Assembly (NCBI GenBank): GCA_037137535.1
Contig: JBAXKC010000001.1
Span: 32,001 to 96,000 of the forward strand
Reading direction: 5' to 3'
Source: a bacterium
GTDB taxonomy: Bacteria; Cyanobacteriota; Vampirovibrionia; Gastranaerophilales; JBAXKC01
Length of the DNA: 64,000 nucleotides
Shown: positions 30,764 through 39,976 of the stretch, piece by piece
Layout of the letters: each line of letters starts with the position of its first letter
Position numbering within the stretch: position 1 is the stretch's first letter
Program-made: the position numbers and the translations under genes
The notes under the pieces: generated by a model
What the model was told of the DNA's origin: nothing
The model's input: only the letters and a program-made list of their open reading frames with translations
Database searches by the model: none

Positions 30764-31135
30764 CTAATCAAGGGGTGCATCATCAAATTCTTCGGGAGTA
30801 TCAAAATTCTCCTTAATGATTTTCGCTATATCCCTTGCTACGCCTACCCTTGTCTCCTCTGGGCAACTTTCTAACATGTGTATAGCAGTTCTTAATGTTT
30901 TATCGATGTCGTACCATCTTGTTTGGCCTTTATCTTCCTTGCCAAGCTCAACGGCAGAAATTAAATCATCGACAGTATTATAAGAATTGTTAATTATATT
31001 ATGTTCAATAATTACTTTAATCAGGTTAATAGCAATTTGAATTTGAATGTTATCATCAGAAGTTTCTAATATTCTCATCGCCTTAGATAAAATGGGGTCT
31101 TTGTCATACCATCTGCGATAATTATCTTTATCCAT
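30764..31135 (-). CDS. Hypothetical protein with two RWYD repeats
   Basis: ATG at 31135 with AAGGAGG RBS; RRWYDKDPILSKAMRILE and TRWYDIDKTLRTAIHMLE. Confidence 0.75.
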   Translation of the reverse strand: MDKDNYRRWYDKDPILSKAMRILETSDDNIQIQIAINLIKVIIEHNIINNSYNTVDDLISAVELGKEDKGQTRWYDIDKTLRTAIHMLESCPEETRVGVARDIAKIIKENFDTPEEFDDAPLD

Positions 31136-31149
31136 CGTCGCCTCCTTAT

Positions 31150-31455
31150 TTATCCACACTTAAAAGTAACGCCGCAACCTGCTGTCGGGTAGTCCCACTC
31201 AAGTTTACCACTTGAGCAGGCAATTCTGCATGCTCCGCACTCTAAACAATTTTCAAAACCAACTAACAATTTATCCTGTTCTTCATCCCATGAATATACA
31301 TTCGCAGGACAAATACAAGTGCAACATTTATCATCACAGACTTTACAAGCTTCCTGATCAGGTTTTAAATGCGACTTATCATCTGACTTATATTTAACTG
31401 TAAAAAGCTTATCATCTATATGCTTAGGAATTTTATTCGATAAATCATCTGTCAT
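31150..31455 (-). CDS. fixX: FixX-like ferredoxin
   Basis: CTCICPANVY, CLECGACRIAC, W.YP..G.GV; overlaps the fixC stop. Confidence 0.88.
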   Translation of the reverse strand: MTDDLSNKIPKHIDDKLFTVKYKSDDKSHLKPDQEACKVCDDKCCTCICPANVYSWDEEQDKLLVGFENCLECGACRIACSSGKLEWDYPTAGCGVTFKCG

Positions 31456-32765
31456 TTTATCAATATACCTCCTGCTAATTTTGCAAATTTTAAGAAATCT
31501 ACGGCTAACTTACTAATTGGTCTATCTTTTATAAATTTCTTCATAAAAGCAATATATTTATCTCTTTTTGGAACACTATCAACAGTAATAAAACCATTTA
31601 AAAATTCATTTACTTTTGATGGATAAAGTCCCATAAATGCTTTAGAATTATGCTCTGCAAATCCCATAATATCTTTATAAGTTTTCATATCTTTCATAAT
31701 AAAGCTTTCATCAAGCTTTTTCTTATATAAAGCTAATGTATTAGAAGTGAAATCATTTTTTTCTATTGCATCAACAGCCGTTTCAGCAGCAAGTTTTCCA
31801 CTAATCATAGCAAGGTTTGTACCTTCCCAATGAATATTATTGACTAACATCGCAGCATCGCCAGCAATCATTAATCCATCCATACATAACTTCGGTATTG
31901 AATTATATCCACCTTCAGGAATTAAGTGAGCCGAATACTCTCCAAGCTCTCCACCTTTGATTAAAGGGCGAATAACAGGATGATCCTTTAATTGGTTCAA
32001 TAATTCATAAGGTTTTAATTTTCTTTTCTTTAATTCATTAAGAGAAACGCCAAGACCAACAACAACAGAGTCAATATTTGTATAAATAAAGCCAAGCCCG
32101 AGCATTTCCTGCATTGGTCCGCCAATTATCGTATAAATAACTCCACTATCGCCTTCTAAGTTAAATCTATCTTCGATTACTTGTCTTGGGAGAGCGATTA
32201 CTTCTTTTATACCTAAAGCAACTTCTTCAGGTTTTATTTCATCATGAAGTCCGACTTTTTTAGCTAATAAAGAGTTTACTCCATCAGCAAGAATTACGAT
32301 TTTTGCATAAAATTCTTCCTGCTCAGTTTTCACTCCAACAACTCTACCGTCTTCAACAATTACGTCAGTTACTAAAGTTTGAGGAACTATAAAAGCTCCT
32401 GCTTCTTCAGCTTGCTCTGCGCACCATTTGTCCCATTTAGCTCTCATCACAGTAAAACTGTTATAATGTCCTTCTTGTCCATGAGCTGAGTTTTTATAAC
32501 CAACAACAGTACCGTCATTATTGCCTAAAAGACCAAATCTATGTTCTGTGTTAAATCTTTCAACCGGAGCTTCTTCCCAGAAGTTCGGATAAATTTCCGC
32601 TGTCGGCTGAGCATAGATTGCACCGCCAAAAACATTTTTACTACCGGGGAAGTCCCCTCTTTCAAGAACAACAACCTCTTTGCCGGCTTTTGCAAGTGTT
32701 ATTGCCGCAGCAATACCGGCAGGACCGGCACCTACTATGACAACATCAACAACTTCTCTCTCCAC
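31452..32765 (-). CDS. fixC: FixC-like FAD-dependent ETF-quinone oxidoreductase
   Basis: GAGPAG, ERG..PGSKN.FGG, EYSAHLIPEGG, GDAA. Confidence 0.88.
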   Translation of the reverse strand: MEREVVDVVIVGAGPAGIAAAITLAKAGKEVVVLERGDFPGSKNVFGGAIYAQPTAEIYPNFWEEAPVERFNTEHRFGLLGNNDGTVVGYKNSAHGQEGHYNSFTVMRAKWDKWCAEQAEEAGAFIVPQTLVTDVIVEDGRVVGVKTEQEEFYAKIVILADGVNSLLAKKVGLHDEIKPEEVALGIKEVIALPRQVIEDRFNLEGDSGVIYTIIGGPMQEMLGLGFIYTNIDSVVVGLGVSLNELKKRKLKPYELLNQLKDHPVIRPLIKGGELGEYSAHLIPEGGYNSIPKLCMDGLMIAGDAAMLVNNIHWEGTNLAMISGKLAAETAVDAIEKNDFTSNTLALYKKKLDESFIMKDMKTYKDIMGFAEHNSKAFMGLYPSKVNEFLNGFITVDSVPKRDKYIAFMKKFIKDRPISKLAVDFLKFAKLAGGILIK

Positions 32766-32881
32766 CTTGTTCTCCTTTCATAAACTGTATATAATTTATT
32801 AAAAGTTTAATATACATAAGTATAAATATTTATTTATTTAACCACAGTCAAAATAAATATAAAATAATAAAGGATAACATT

Positions 32882-32986
32882 ATGGAAAAATTGCAAATTA
32901 TAATTTTCCCCGCAGTAACTTTTGCTGTTTTATGCGCAGGAGTCATTTTATATGAATTATGCTCATATCTGGCAAAACTCATATAA
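32882..32986 (+). CDS. Putative 34-aa single-TM small protein (not in ORF track)
   Basis: MEKLQIIIFPAVTFAVLCAGVILYELCSYLAKLI*, preceded by AAGGA. Confidence 0.45.
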   Translation: MEKLQIIIFPAVTFAVLCAGVILYELCSYLAKLI

Positions 32987-33092
32987 TTAGCCGATTAAGC
33001 CTCTTCTCTCAAGAAAATTTCTATGTCTAAAACCATCGGCTAACTTTTTGACAATTGCCTTAATATAAAAATAATTTTACCAATTAGAAAAC

Positions 33093-34379
33093 TTACTTTT
33101 CTCTAGTTGCAGCAGGCTTGTGTTTCTCAAGAATACCTGTAAACAGATTTACTTTATCCGTTAAATATTTATCAATTACAGTTTTAAACTTAGGATTAGC
33201 TTCGATAGCTTTTAATTCGCTGTCAAACTCAGCTTCCATTTCCTTTTTCTCTTGCGGAGGCAAGAAAGCCGCATTTATACCGTTTTTAACAAGAGTTTTA
33301 ATATCTTGCAATGTAGTAATTATTCCATGTTCATATAACCTTCTGAACTCTTCTGAGAGGTCTGTATTAAACATGGATTGATCATCTGTACAGACTGCAA
33401 CTTTTATATTTTCGTCAATCATTCTTTTTAAATGTTTTTGATCCCATGTTGTAACACCTGTTGCAACATTTGAAGAAGGACAATTTTCAATAACAATATT
33501 TTTATCTTTTACCTGTTGTATAAGGTTTTTATCATTAAATAAAGCCAGTCCGTGGCCTATTCTTTCCGTTCCGTAAGCAATTGCTCTCATCATAGACTGA
33601 GTAGGGGTTAAATCTTCGGAGTGAGGAGTTTCCCCTGCATGAATAGTCAAATGCAGACCATTTTCTTTTGCATATTTTAAAGTTTCAGAGTGTTTATCAA
33701 TTGAGTGATTTAGTTCATCACCTGCAAGATCGAGAGCTACAACAGAAGAATTAGGCTCTTTTGACCACTTAACGGCAAGTTTTGCATCTTCCATAGACGT
33801 TTCAGGAGATTCATGCCTTTCAGTAGTAACCATTAATTTTACAACCTGATGAAATCCTGTTTTTTGAAGTTCATTTTTAGCCTGTTCAATACCATCGTTT
33901 ATTGCATGATACATTGTATCTTTAGCCTTTAGACGGGCATCAGTCTCTTTTAATTTTTCAGGATTTAATTCTTGAGACGAAATCTTTAATTCTATATATT
34001 TAACGTTTTCTTTTGCAGCATTCATACAAATAGAATAAGTAACAGCTTTTAATTCTTCGGCGGTTTTTACAGACTTTGACAAATTTGTATAAACATTAAC
34101 AAAATCTGTAAGATTATCATATTTTTCTTTGGTATAAGTCGCCTTAAAAACATCAGCTTCAGGCATACCTTTTATTTTTAGCTGATTTCTGACGAAATCA
34201 AGCGGATAAGATCCTGCTAAATGTGCATGTAATTCTGCTTTAGGAATAACGGAAAAAAATTCATTTAACTCTGCCGGCATCTCTTTTAATTTGTCAGTAT
34301 TATTTTTATTAATCGGCACATTAACCTCATTTATTTTACTTTTATCAATATTTATTGAATTGAATGCAGATAAAATCAT
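33093..34379 (-). CDS. Adenosine/adenine deaminase family protein with terminal extensions
   Basis: PKAELHAHL.GS, HAGE, RIGHG, CPSSN, TDD. Confidence 0.88.
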   Translation of the reverse strand: MILSAFNSINIDKSKINEVNVPINKNNTDKLKEMPAELNEFFSVIPKAELHAHLAGSYPLDFVRNQLKIKGMPEADVFKATYTKEKYDNLTDFVNVYTNLSKSVKTAEELKAVTYSICMNAAKENVKYIELKISSQELNPEKLKETDARLKAKDTMYHAINDGIEQAKNELQKTGFHQVVKLMVTTERHESPETSMEDAKLAVKWSKEPNSSVVALDLAGDELNHSIDKHSETLKYAKENGLHLTIHAGETPHSEDLTPTQSMMRAIAYGTERIGHGLALFNDKNLIQQVKDKNIVIENCPSSNVATGVTTWDQKHLKRMIDENIKVAVCTDDQSMFNTDLSEEFRRLYEHGIITTLQDIKTLVKNGINAAFLPPQEKKEMEAEFDSELKAIEANPKFKTVIDKYLTDKVNLFTGILEKHKPAATREK

Positions 34380-34482
34380 TAAAGCACCTCTTAATTAAAC
34401 ATGCCGTAGTGATTAAATAAAAACAACTCAAAAAACAAATTAACAACATGATTGTTAAATCTTTACACAAATTTAACAATCT

Positions 34483-35172
34483 TTATTTTTTATTTAAAAG
34501 AATTTTTTCAGCAATTTCAAAATCTTCTTGAGTATCAATATCAACTTGCCATTCAACAGGATAAATTGCAGGATTTTCCCCAATGAAATCATTGTGCTTT
34601 TCAAAGGCCTCACGCTTAATTGCGTAAACTGCACCATTTTCACAATAAATATTGCCTCTTTGCTCAACATCTTGCCTTCTTGGTCTTAAATGATAATCAT
34701 ATAAGGATTTTACAGTTCCATCATCAAACTTTTGCCAGTAAGGCATAGCCTGTGAATGCCAAAATACAGTAAAAACAGAATCGTTATCGGAGTTTAACAG
34801 CTGTTTGACAACACCATCTATTATAATCTCATCTCTCAAAGGACATGTGGGTTGTAATAATACAATCACATCAGGAGAATATCCCTGTATTTCAAGCTCT
34901 TTAACAGCATGAATAAGGACTGGAGCAGTCTTAGTTTCATCTTGAGCTAATTCTAAAGGGCGATTTATAATTTCTGCACCGAAACTTTCAGCAACTTGAG
35001 CAATTTCAGAATCTTCTGTTGATAAAACGACTTTATCAATAAATTTAGACTTTTGTGCCGCAATAATTGTATGTGCAATGAGAGGCTTACCTGCCAAAGG
35101 TTTTATATTTTTTCTCGGAATGCCTTTAGATCCACCCCTTGCAGGAATAATTCCCAAAATTTTCATAAACAT
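34483..35172 (-). CDS. Acylneuraminate (nonulosonic acid) cytidylyltransferase, NeuA/PseF family
   Basis: IPARGGSKGIPRKNI, LQPTCPLR, ENGAVY, DIDT.EDF. Confidence 0.9.
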   Translation of the reverse strand: MFMKILGIIPARGGSKGIPRKNIKPLAGKPLIAHTIIAAQKSKFIDKVVLSTEDSEIAQVAESFGAEIINRPLELAQDETKTAPVLIHAVKELEIQGYSPDVIVLLQPTCPLRDEIIIDGVVKQLLNSDNDSVFTVFWHSQAMPYWQKFDDGTVKSLYDYHLRPRRQDVEQRGNIYCENGAVYAIKREAFEKHNDFIGENPAIYPVEWQVDIDTQEDFEIAEKILLNKK

Positions 35173-35231
35173 TTCCTTAATTACTCACATTTATATAATA
35201 TTAAAATATTATACAGTTTTATGAAAATTTA

Positions 35232-36695
35232 TTAAATATTTTCTTCTTTTACGATTAAACCGTTACTGACATAAGCTCCACCTTTTACAAGAGGACTGTT
35301 TACAATTCTATTCTTAATGACCATTTGGGTAGAAGTACCGCCATCAAGGTTCATTGCAAAATAACATCCATATTTTTGCATAACTTTGGCAAGTTCATAT
35401 AAACTTAGTCCCGAAGAGTTTTCCTGCCTACCGTCAACTGTAATAATAACTACCACATTGTCTTTGGTATAACCTATTGCTGTTCTAGGGTTAAGCCCAC
35501 TTATTGAATGAAGCTTTTGTTCGTTTGCATCAACAAATAAATGACCGTCTTTAATAAGATATGGCCCGCCTCCTATTGCCTCGGAAACATCTGACCAATC
35601 GGGTGACGACGTAATTTTAACAGTTGTTTTTTCCCCAACTTCAAGATTATCTAATAATTTTTTAGAACCTGAAACAACAACGCTATTTTCATCAAGAGGA
35701 ATTGGATTAGCTGATATTGACTTAACTTCATTATTTTTTATTAATATGTTAACTCCGTATTTTGGAGCAACAGGAGAAACCCAGCCCCATTTTGAGGAAT
35801 AAAGAATTGTTTTTGTGGCAAGCATTCTAGGTTGATTATAAGAATCAATTTTAATAACTCTCCCATCACCTAAAATAACCTTACCATCAAGTTCAACTCT
35901 TGCCATTTTGAAACCGTCTTGAGTTATTCCCATCGCAACTCTGTCATAAACAGGGCCGGATAAGATTTCACCTTCTTTAATCATTAATCCGAGCGGAACA
36001 CCGTTGGTTTGCTTAAAGAAAGAAGCATTCACACCTGCAATTGCATTATTAGCTCGAACCATAGCAGCAACATTTTTTTTACCCGATAATTTAGAAGTAG
36101 CAAAAGCAGGAATTAATTTTAAATTAGGATTAACATTTCTATTAACTTCAATAATATTAATATTTACAGGTCTTCTGTTTATGTACTTTTTAATTTTAAT
36201 ATGAGCAACACCTTTAGAAACAATTGAAACCCCTGCGCCATAGTATTTTTTCGCAAGAGCAAGCTTCCATGCGTTATCATTAAATAACACAGGATTTAAA
36301 GGTTCTTCGGATTTTATCACAGGTGTATTAATAAAATGCTCGGGGATATTAATTGAGGCTTGAGATAAGAGTTTACTGTCTTTTGTCAAATACGAAACAA
36401 GCAAGTTTACAGATTCCTTTTGGGAAATACGCAAACTTGCCTGATTTACATTTTCTTCATTAGAGCTAATTTGTCCGTTATAATCCGGAAGATTATAATC
36501 AAAATTGAAGCTCGGCCTATCACTTATAAAGGATCCACCGCTATTCGACTTTAATACTTGCGCTCGAAAAAGTTCTTGAGCCACAACAGAGTATGACATC
36601 GAATATAGAATAGTAAATGCGATAAAAATTCGCCAAAATGACTCCGTATTAGGGTAAAACCTAAACATAATCTTTACCTTCTCTTTTTTTTGCAC
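35232..36695 (-). CDS. Phosphodiester glycosidase (NAGPA/DUF2233) family exported protein
   Basis: NASFF, GGGP.L, NPRTAIG, VDGR, NLDGG.S. Confidence 0.85.
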   Translation of the reverse strand: MQKKEKVKIMFRFYPNTESFWRIFIAFTILYSMSYSVVAQELFRAQVLKSNSGGSFISDRPSFNFDYNLPDYNGQISSNEENVNQASLRISQKESVNLLVSYLTKDSKLLSQASINIPEHFINTPVIKSEEPLNPVLFNDNAWKLALAKKYYGAGVSIVSKGVAHIKIKKYINRRPVNINIIEVNRNVNPNLKLIPAFATSKLSGKKNVAAMVRANNAIAGVNASFFKQTNGVPLGLMIKEGEILSGPVYDRVAMGITQDGFKMARVELDGKVILGDGRVIKIDSYNQPRMLATKTILYSSKWGWVSPVAPKYGVNILIKNNEVKSISANPIPLDENSVVVSGSKKLLDNLEVGEKTTVKITSSPDWSDVSEAIGGGPYLIKDGHLFVDANEQKLHSISGLNPRTAIGYTKDNVVVIITVDGRQENSSGLSLYELAKVMQKYGCYFAMNLDGGTSTQMVIKNRIVNSPLVKGGAYVSNGLIVKEENI

Positions 36696-36903
36696 CTTAA
36701 CCCTCTTATAATTTATTATATCAGATTTTAATTACGATTTTAACTAGTATTTATAAAGAAAAATGGAGACAAAATACATGCATTTCAACAATGAATGTTC
36801 AATAGGGTTTTCACAATCGCCATTTTTACACTTGTAGTATTTTCATTTTAACATTTGTACACATTTATCGACAAGCAAAAAAACCTTGTATTTGCATTTT
36901 TAT

Positions 36904-36933
36904 TTAGTGTAATTTTCATAAAAATTACACTAA
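36904..36933. promoter_or_regulatory. Perfect 13-bp inverted repeat upstream of ssb
   Basis: ttagtgtaatttt-cata-aaaattacactaa. Confidence 0.5.
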
Positions 36934-37030
36934 TTTCTAAAGACCAACCGAGAAAATTTTCAATATTTTAAATTTTTTGGTAATATAATTTTAGAGAATT
37001 TTTAATAAATAATAAATTAAAGAGGATGCT

Positions 37031-37375
37031 ATGATTAATTCAGTTGTAATCGTTGGAAGAGCAGGGAAAGACCCTGAAATAAAATATTTTGAATCAGGCA
37101 AAGTAAAAACAAGTTTTTCACTTGCCGTTAATATTTGGAATTCAGCAACAAAAAAAGAAGAAGCTCATTGGTTCAATATTGATCTTTGGGATAAACAGGC
37201 AGAAAGAGCCAGTGAATACATAAAAAAAGGAATGCTTATCAGTATTGAAGGCAGATTAAGCGGAAGAAAATGGAAAGATGAAACAGGAGCAACCAGAGAA
37301 ATCTTTTCAATAGTAGCTTCCAATTATCAAATATTAAGCTTCAAGCGTGATGCTCAACAACAAAATAGCTTTTAA
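37031..37375 (+). CDS. ssb: Single-stranded DNA-binding protein (short form)
   Basis: MINSVVIVGRAGKDPE, FSLAV, W.KQAE, IEGRL. Confidence 0.92.
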   Translation: MINSVVIVGRAGKDPEIKYFESGKVKTSFSLAVNIWNSATKKEEAHWFNIDLWDKQAERASEYIKKGMLISIEGRLSGRKWKDETGATREIFSIVASNYQILSFKRDAQQQNSF

Positions 37376-37377
37376 CC

Positions 37378-38688
37378 ATGGCTAATACTATCGGAATAAT
37401 TGCTGATGATTTAACAGGGGCAAATGATACGGCCTTACAGTTTCATTTAAAAGGTTGTAATACTCAAATACTTTTTGATTACGATCTGATTCCCGAAGGT
37501 CAAGTAAACACGAAAGCATGGGCAATAAGCACTCAAACAAGAAATATTGATGCAAAAACCGCTTATAACAAGGTATATAAAACCGCTAAGACCTTAATGG
37601 GCAATCTTAAAATTGATTATCTGTATAAAAAGATTGATTCAACTTTAAGAGGAAACATAGGCCCTGAATGTCTTGCGGTTCTTGATGCTTTAGATTGGGA
37701 TGCGGCAATAATTGTTCCTGCTTTTCCAAACGAAGGCAGAATAACAGTAGGCGGCTATCATTTATTAAAAGGCGTTCCTCTTGAAAGAACGGAAGTCGCT
37801 AGAGACCCCGGCTCTCCTATTTATGAATCACATATCCCTTCTTTAATTTCAAGGCAGGTTGAAACTTCTGACATAGTAGCTCATATTCAGCTTATGACAG
37901 TTATGAAAGGAGCAGGCCCGATACTTCTTGAAATTCAAAACCTCGTTAAAAAAGGTAAAAGACTTATTATTGTTGACGCTGTATCAACGACTGATTTAGA
38001 ACAAATATCTCTGGCAACTGAAAAATGCAGCTATGACTTACTTCCTGTCGGCTCGGCAGGTCTAGCCCAAGCATTGACAAAAACATGGCTATCAGACACA
38101 AAACATCAGAATTTATCAAATACTATTCCATCAATTCCTGTTCTAGTAGTGGCAGGCAGTGCGACAAATCTGACAAGAGTGCAAATTAAAAGAATTAAAG
38201 AATCAGATGAAATCGAACCATATATAATGGAGCTAAAACCTGAAGAAGTCTTATCAATTGAGCCGACAAAAGACAAAATAGATAAAATTGCGCAACAACT
38301 TAAATCAACAGGTTGTGTAATTGTTCACTCTATTCCTCTTGAAGGAGATATAAGTCAAACTCTTGAATTTGCAAAACAAGAAGGATTAAATCTTGATAAT
38401 CTTCATGGAAGAGTAAGCGATTATTTAGCAAAATTAACTTCTTTAGTTAATCAGGAACAAAACTTTATACTGGTTGTAATAGGCGGAGAAACTTCTTATA
38501 AATGTTGTAACTCAATAGGCAGCAGGCAGCTGCAACTTATTGATGAAGTAGATTCTGCTATTCCTCTGTGCCTTGATCTTAATGCACAATGGATTGTTAC
38601 TAAATCAGGTAACCTTGGAACACCAAACACTTTAATAAATATTTTAAAGTACTTCCAAAAACATCAATCACAGAAGATAATAAAATAA
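37378..38688 (+). CDS. Four-carbon acid sugar kinase family (DUF1537, DtnK/OtnK-like)
   Basis: IADDLTGAND, YKKIDSTLRGN, PAFP..GR, GSAGLA, GGET, TKSG. Confidence 0.9.
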   Translation: MANTIGIIADDLTGANDTALQFHLKGCNTQILFDYDLIPEGQVNTKAWAISTQTRNIDAKTAYNKVYKTAKTLMGNLKIDYLYKKIDSTLRGNIGPECLAVLDALDWDAAIIVPAFPNEGRITVGGYHLLKGVPLERTEVARDPGSPIYESHIPSLISRQVETSDIVAHIQLMTVMKGAGPILLEIQNLVKKGKRLIIVDAVSTTDLEQISLATEKCSYDLLPVGSAGLAQALTKTWLSDTKHQNLSNTIPSIPVLVVAGSATNLTRVQIKRIKESDEIEPYIMELKPEEVLSIEPTKDKIDKIAQQLKSTGCVIVHSIPLEGDISQTLEFAKQEGLNLDNLHGRVSDYLAKLTSLVNQEQNFILVVIGGETSYKCCNSIGSRQLQLIDEVDSAIPLCLDLNAQWIVTKSGNLGTPNTLINILKYFQKHQSQKIIK

Positions 38689-38727
38689 GAAAGACACTTT
38701 TTTGCAGACGTTCGTCTTATATAAATT

Positions 38728-39765
38728 ATGGACAAACTTAATAATCGGTCAAAAGAAATGAAAAATTCTAAAAAAATTGCAATAACTATGGGCGATCCGT
38801 CAGGGGTCGGGCCGGAAATTATTTTAAAAGCGTTAAATTCAAATGAAATTGATAAAGACAACTTAATTTTAATAGGAAATAAAGATGTATTTATTAAATT
38901 TGCGAAAAAACATCATATTAATGCCGATTTTAACCTTGAATTTATAGAAGTAGAATGTGACTTATCAAAACTAAAAATGGGTATTCCAACTGAAGAGTCG
39001 GGAAGATCTGCATTTTTAGCTTTAGAAAAAGCTTGTGAACTTGCAAATGAAAATTCAATTAGTGCCATAGCAACAGCTCCTCTTTCAAAAAAAGCTATAA
39101 ACCTTGCAGGATATTGCTATTCAGGGCAAACAGAAGTATTAAAAACACATATCAAAAGTTTAACTAAACATAATCAGCCAGAAATGCTTTTTGTAGCTAA
39201 TGATTTTAAAGTGATGCTGCTTACAAGACACGTTGAGCTTTCTAATCTTTGTGAACTGATAACGCAAGATAAAATAATAAACTCTGTTTTAAATCTGAAT
39301 AAATCACTAATAAATGATTTCGGAATAGAATCACCAAAAATTGCAATCTGCGGACTGAATCCACATGCTGGAGAAGACGGGCTTTTAGGACGAGAAGAAG
39401 TTGAAATTTTCATTCCAGCAATTCAAAAACTTAAAGAAATTTATAAAATAAATATTTCAGGACCTTTTCCCGGCGACACCATTTGGGTAAACGCAGGAAG
39501 AGCCTTTTTAAAGCAGGAAAAACTACCGTTTGATGCCTATATTTCTTCTTATCACGATCAAGGGCTAATCCCTATAAAACTACTGGCTATGGACGAATGT
39601 ATAAACACAACAATAAACCTTCCAATAATAAGGACCTCTCCAAGCCATGGAACTGCTTATGACATTGCAGGCAAAAACATAGCGAATCCCCAAAGCATGA
39701 TTGAATCAATTAAACTTGCAAATATGATAAATTCAAATAGAGGAAACCTTTTATCTAAAAAATAA
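38728..39765 (+). CDS. pdxA: 4-hydroxythreonine-4-phosphate / 4-phospho-tetronate dehydrogenase (PdxA family)
   Basis: TMGDPSGVGPE, GLNPHAGE, YHDQGLIP, RTSPSHGTAYDIAG. Confidence 0.9.
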   Translation: MDKLNNRSKEMKNSKKIAITMGDPSGVGPEIILKALNSNEIDKDNLILIGNKDVFIKFAKKHHINADFNLEFIEVECDLSKLKMGIPTEESGRSAFLALEKACELANENSISAIATAPLSKKAINLAGYCYSGQTEVLKTHIKSLTKHNQPEMLFVANDFKVMLLTRHVELSNLCELITQDKIINSVLNLNKSLINDFGIESPKIAICGLNPHAGEDGLLGREEVEIFIPAIQKLKEIYKINISGPFPGDTIWVNAGRAFLKQEKLPFDAYISSYHDQGLIPIKLLAMDECINTTINLPIIRTSPSHGTAYDIAGKNIANPQSMIESIKLANMINSNRGNLLSKK

Positions 39766-39976
39766 CTTATATTTATAGTTGTATTTACATTATTAATAAA
39801 AAACGAATAAGCAAATAAAGCCTTGTATATTACGATACAGGGCTTTTAAAACGCTGAAATATTAATGAAGAATACTGTCCCTATTAATTATTGTTTTATA
39901 AAATCATTTTTTATCTTATAATCAAAATAATTATAGTTAGTATTAAGAATTCACAAAAGAAAGAGGTTTTTTATCT

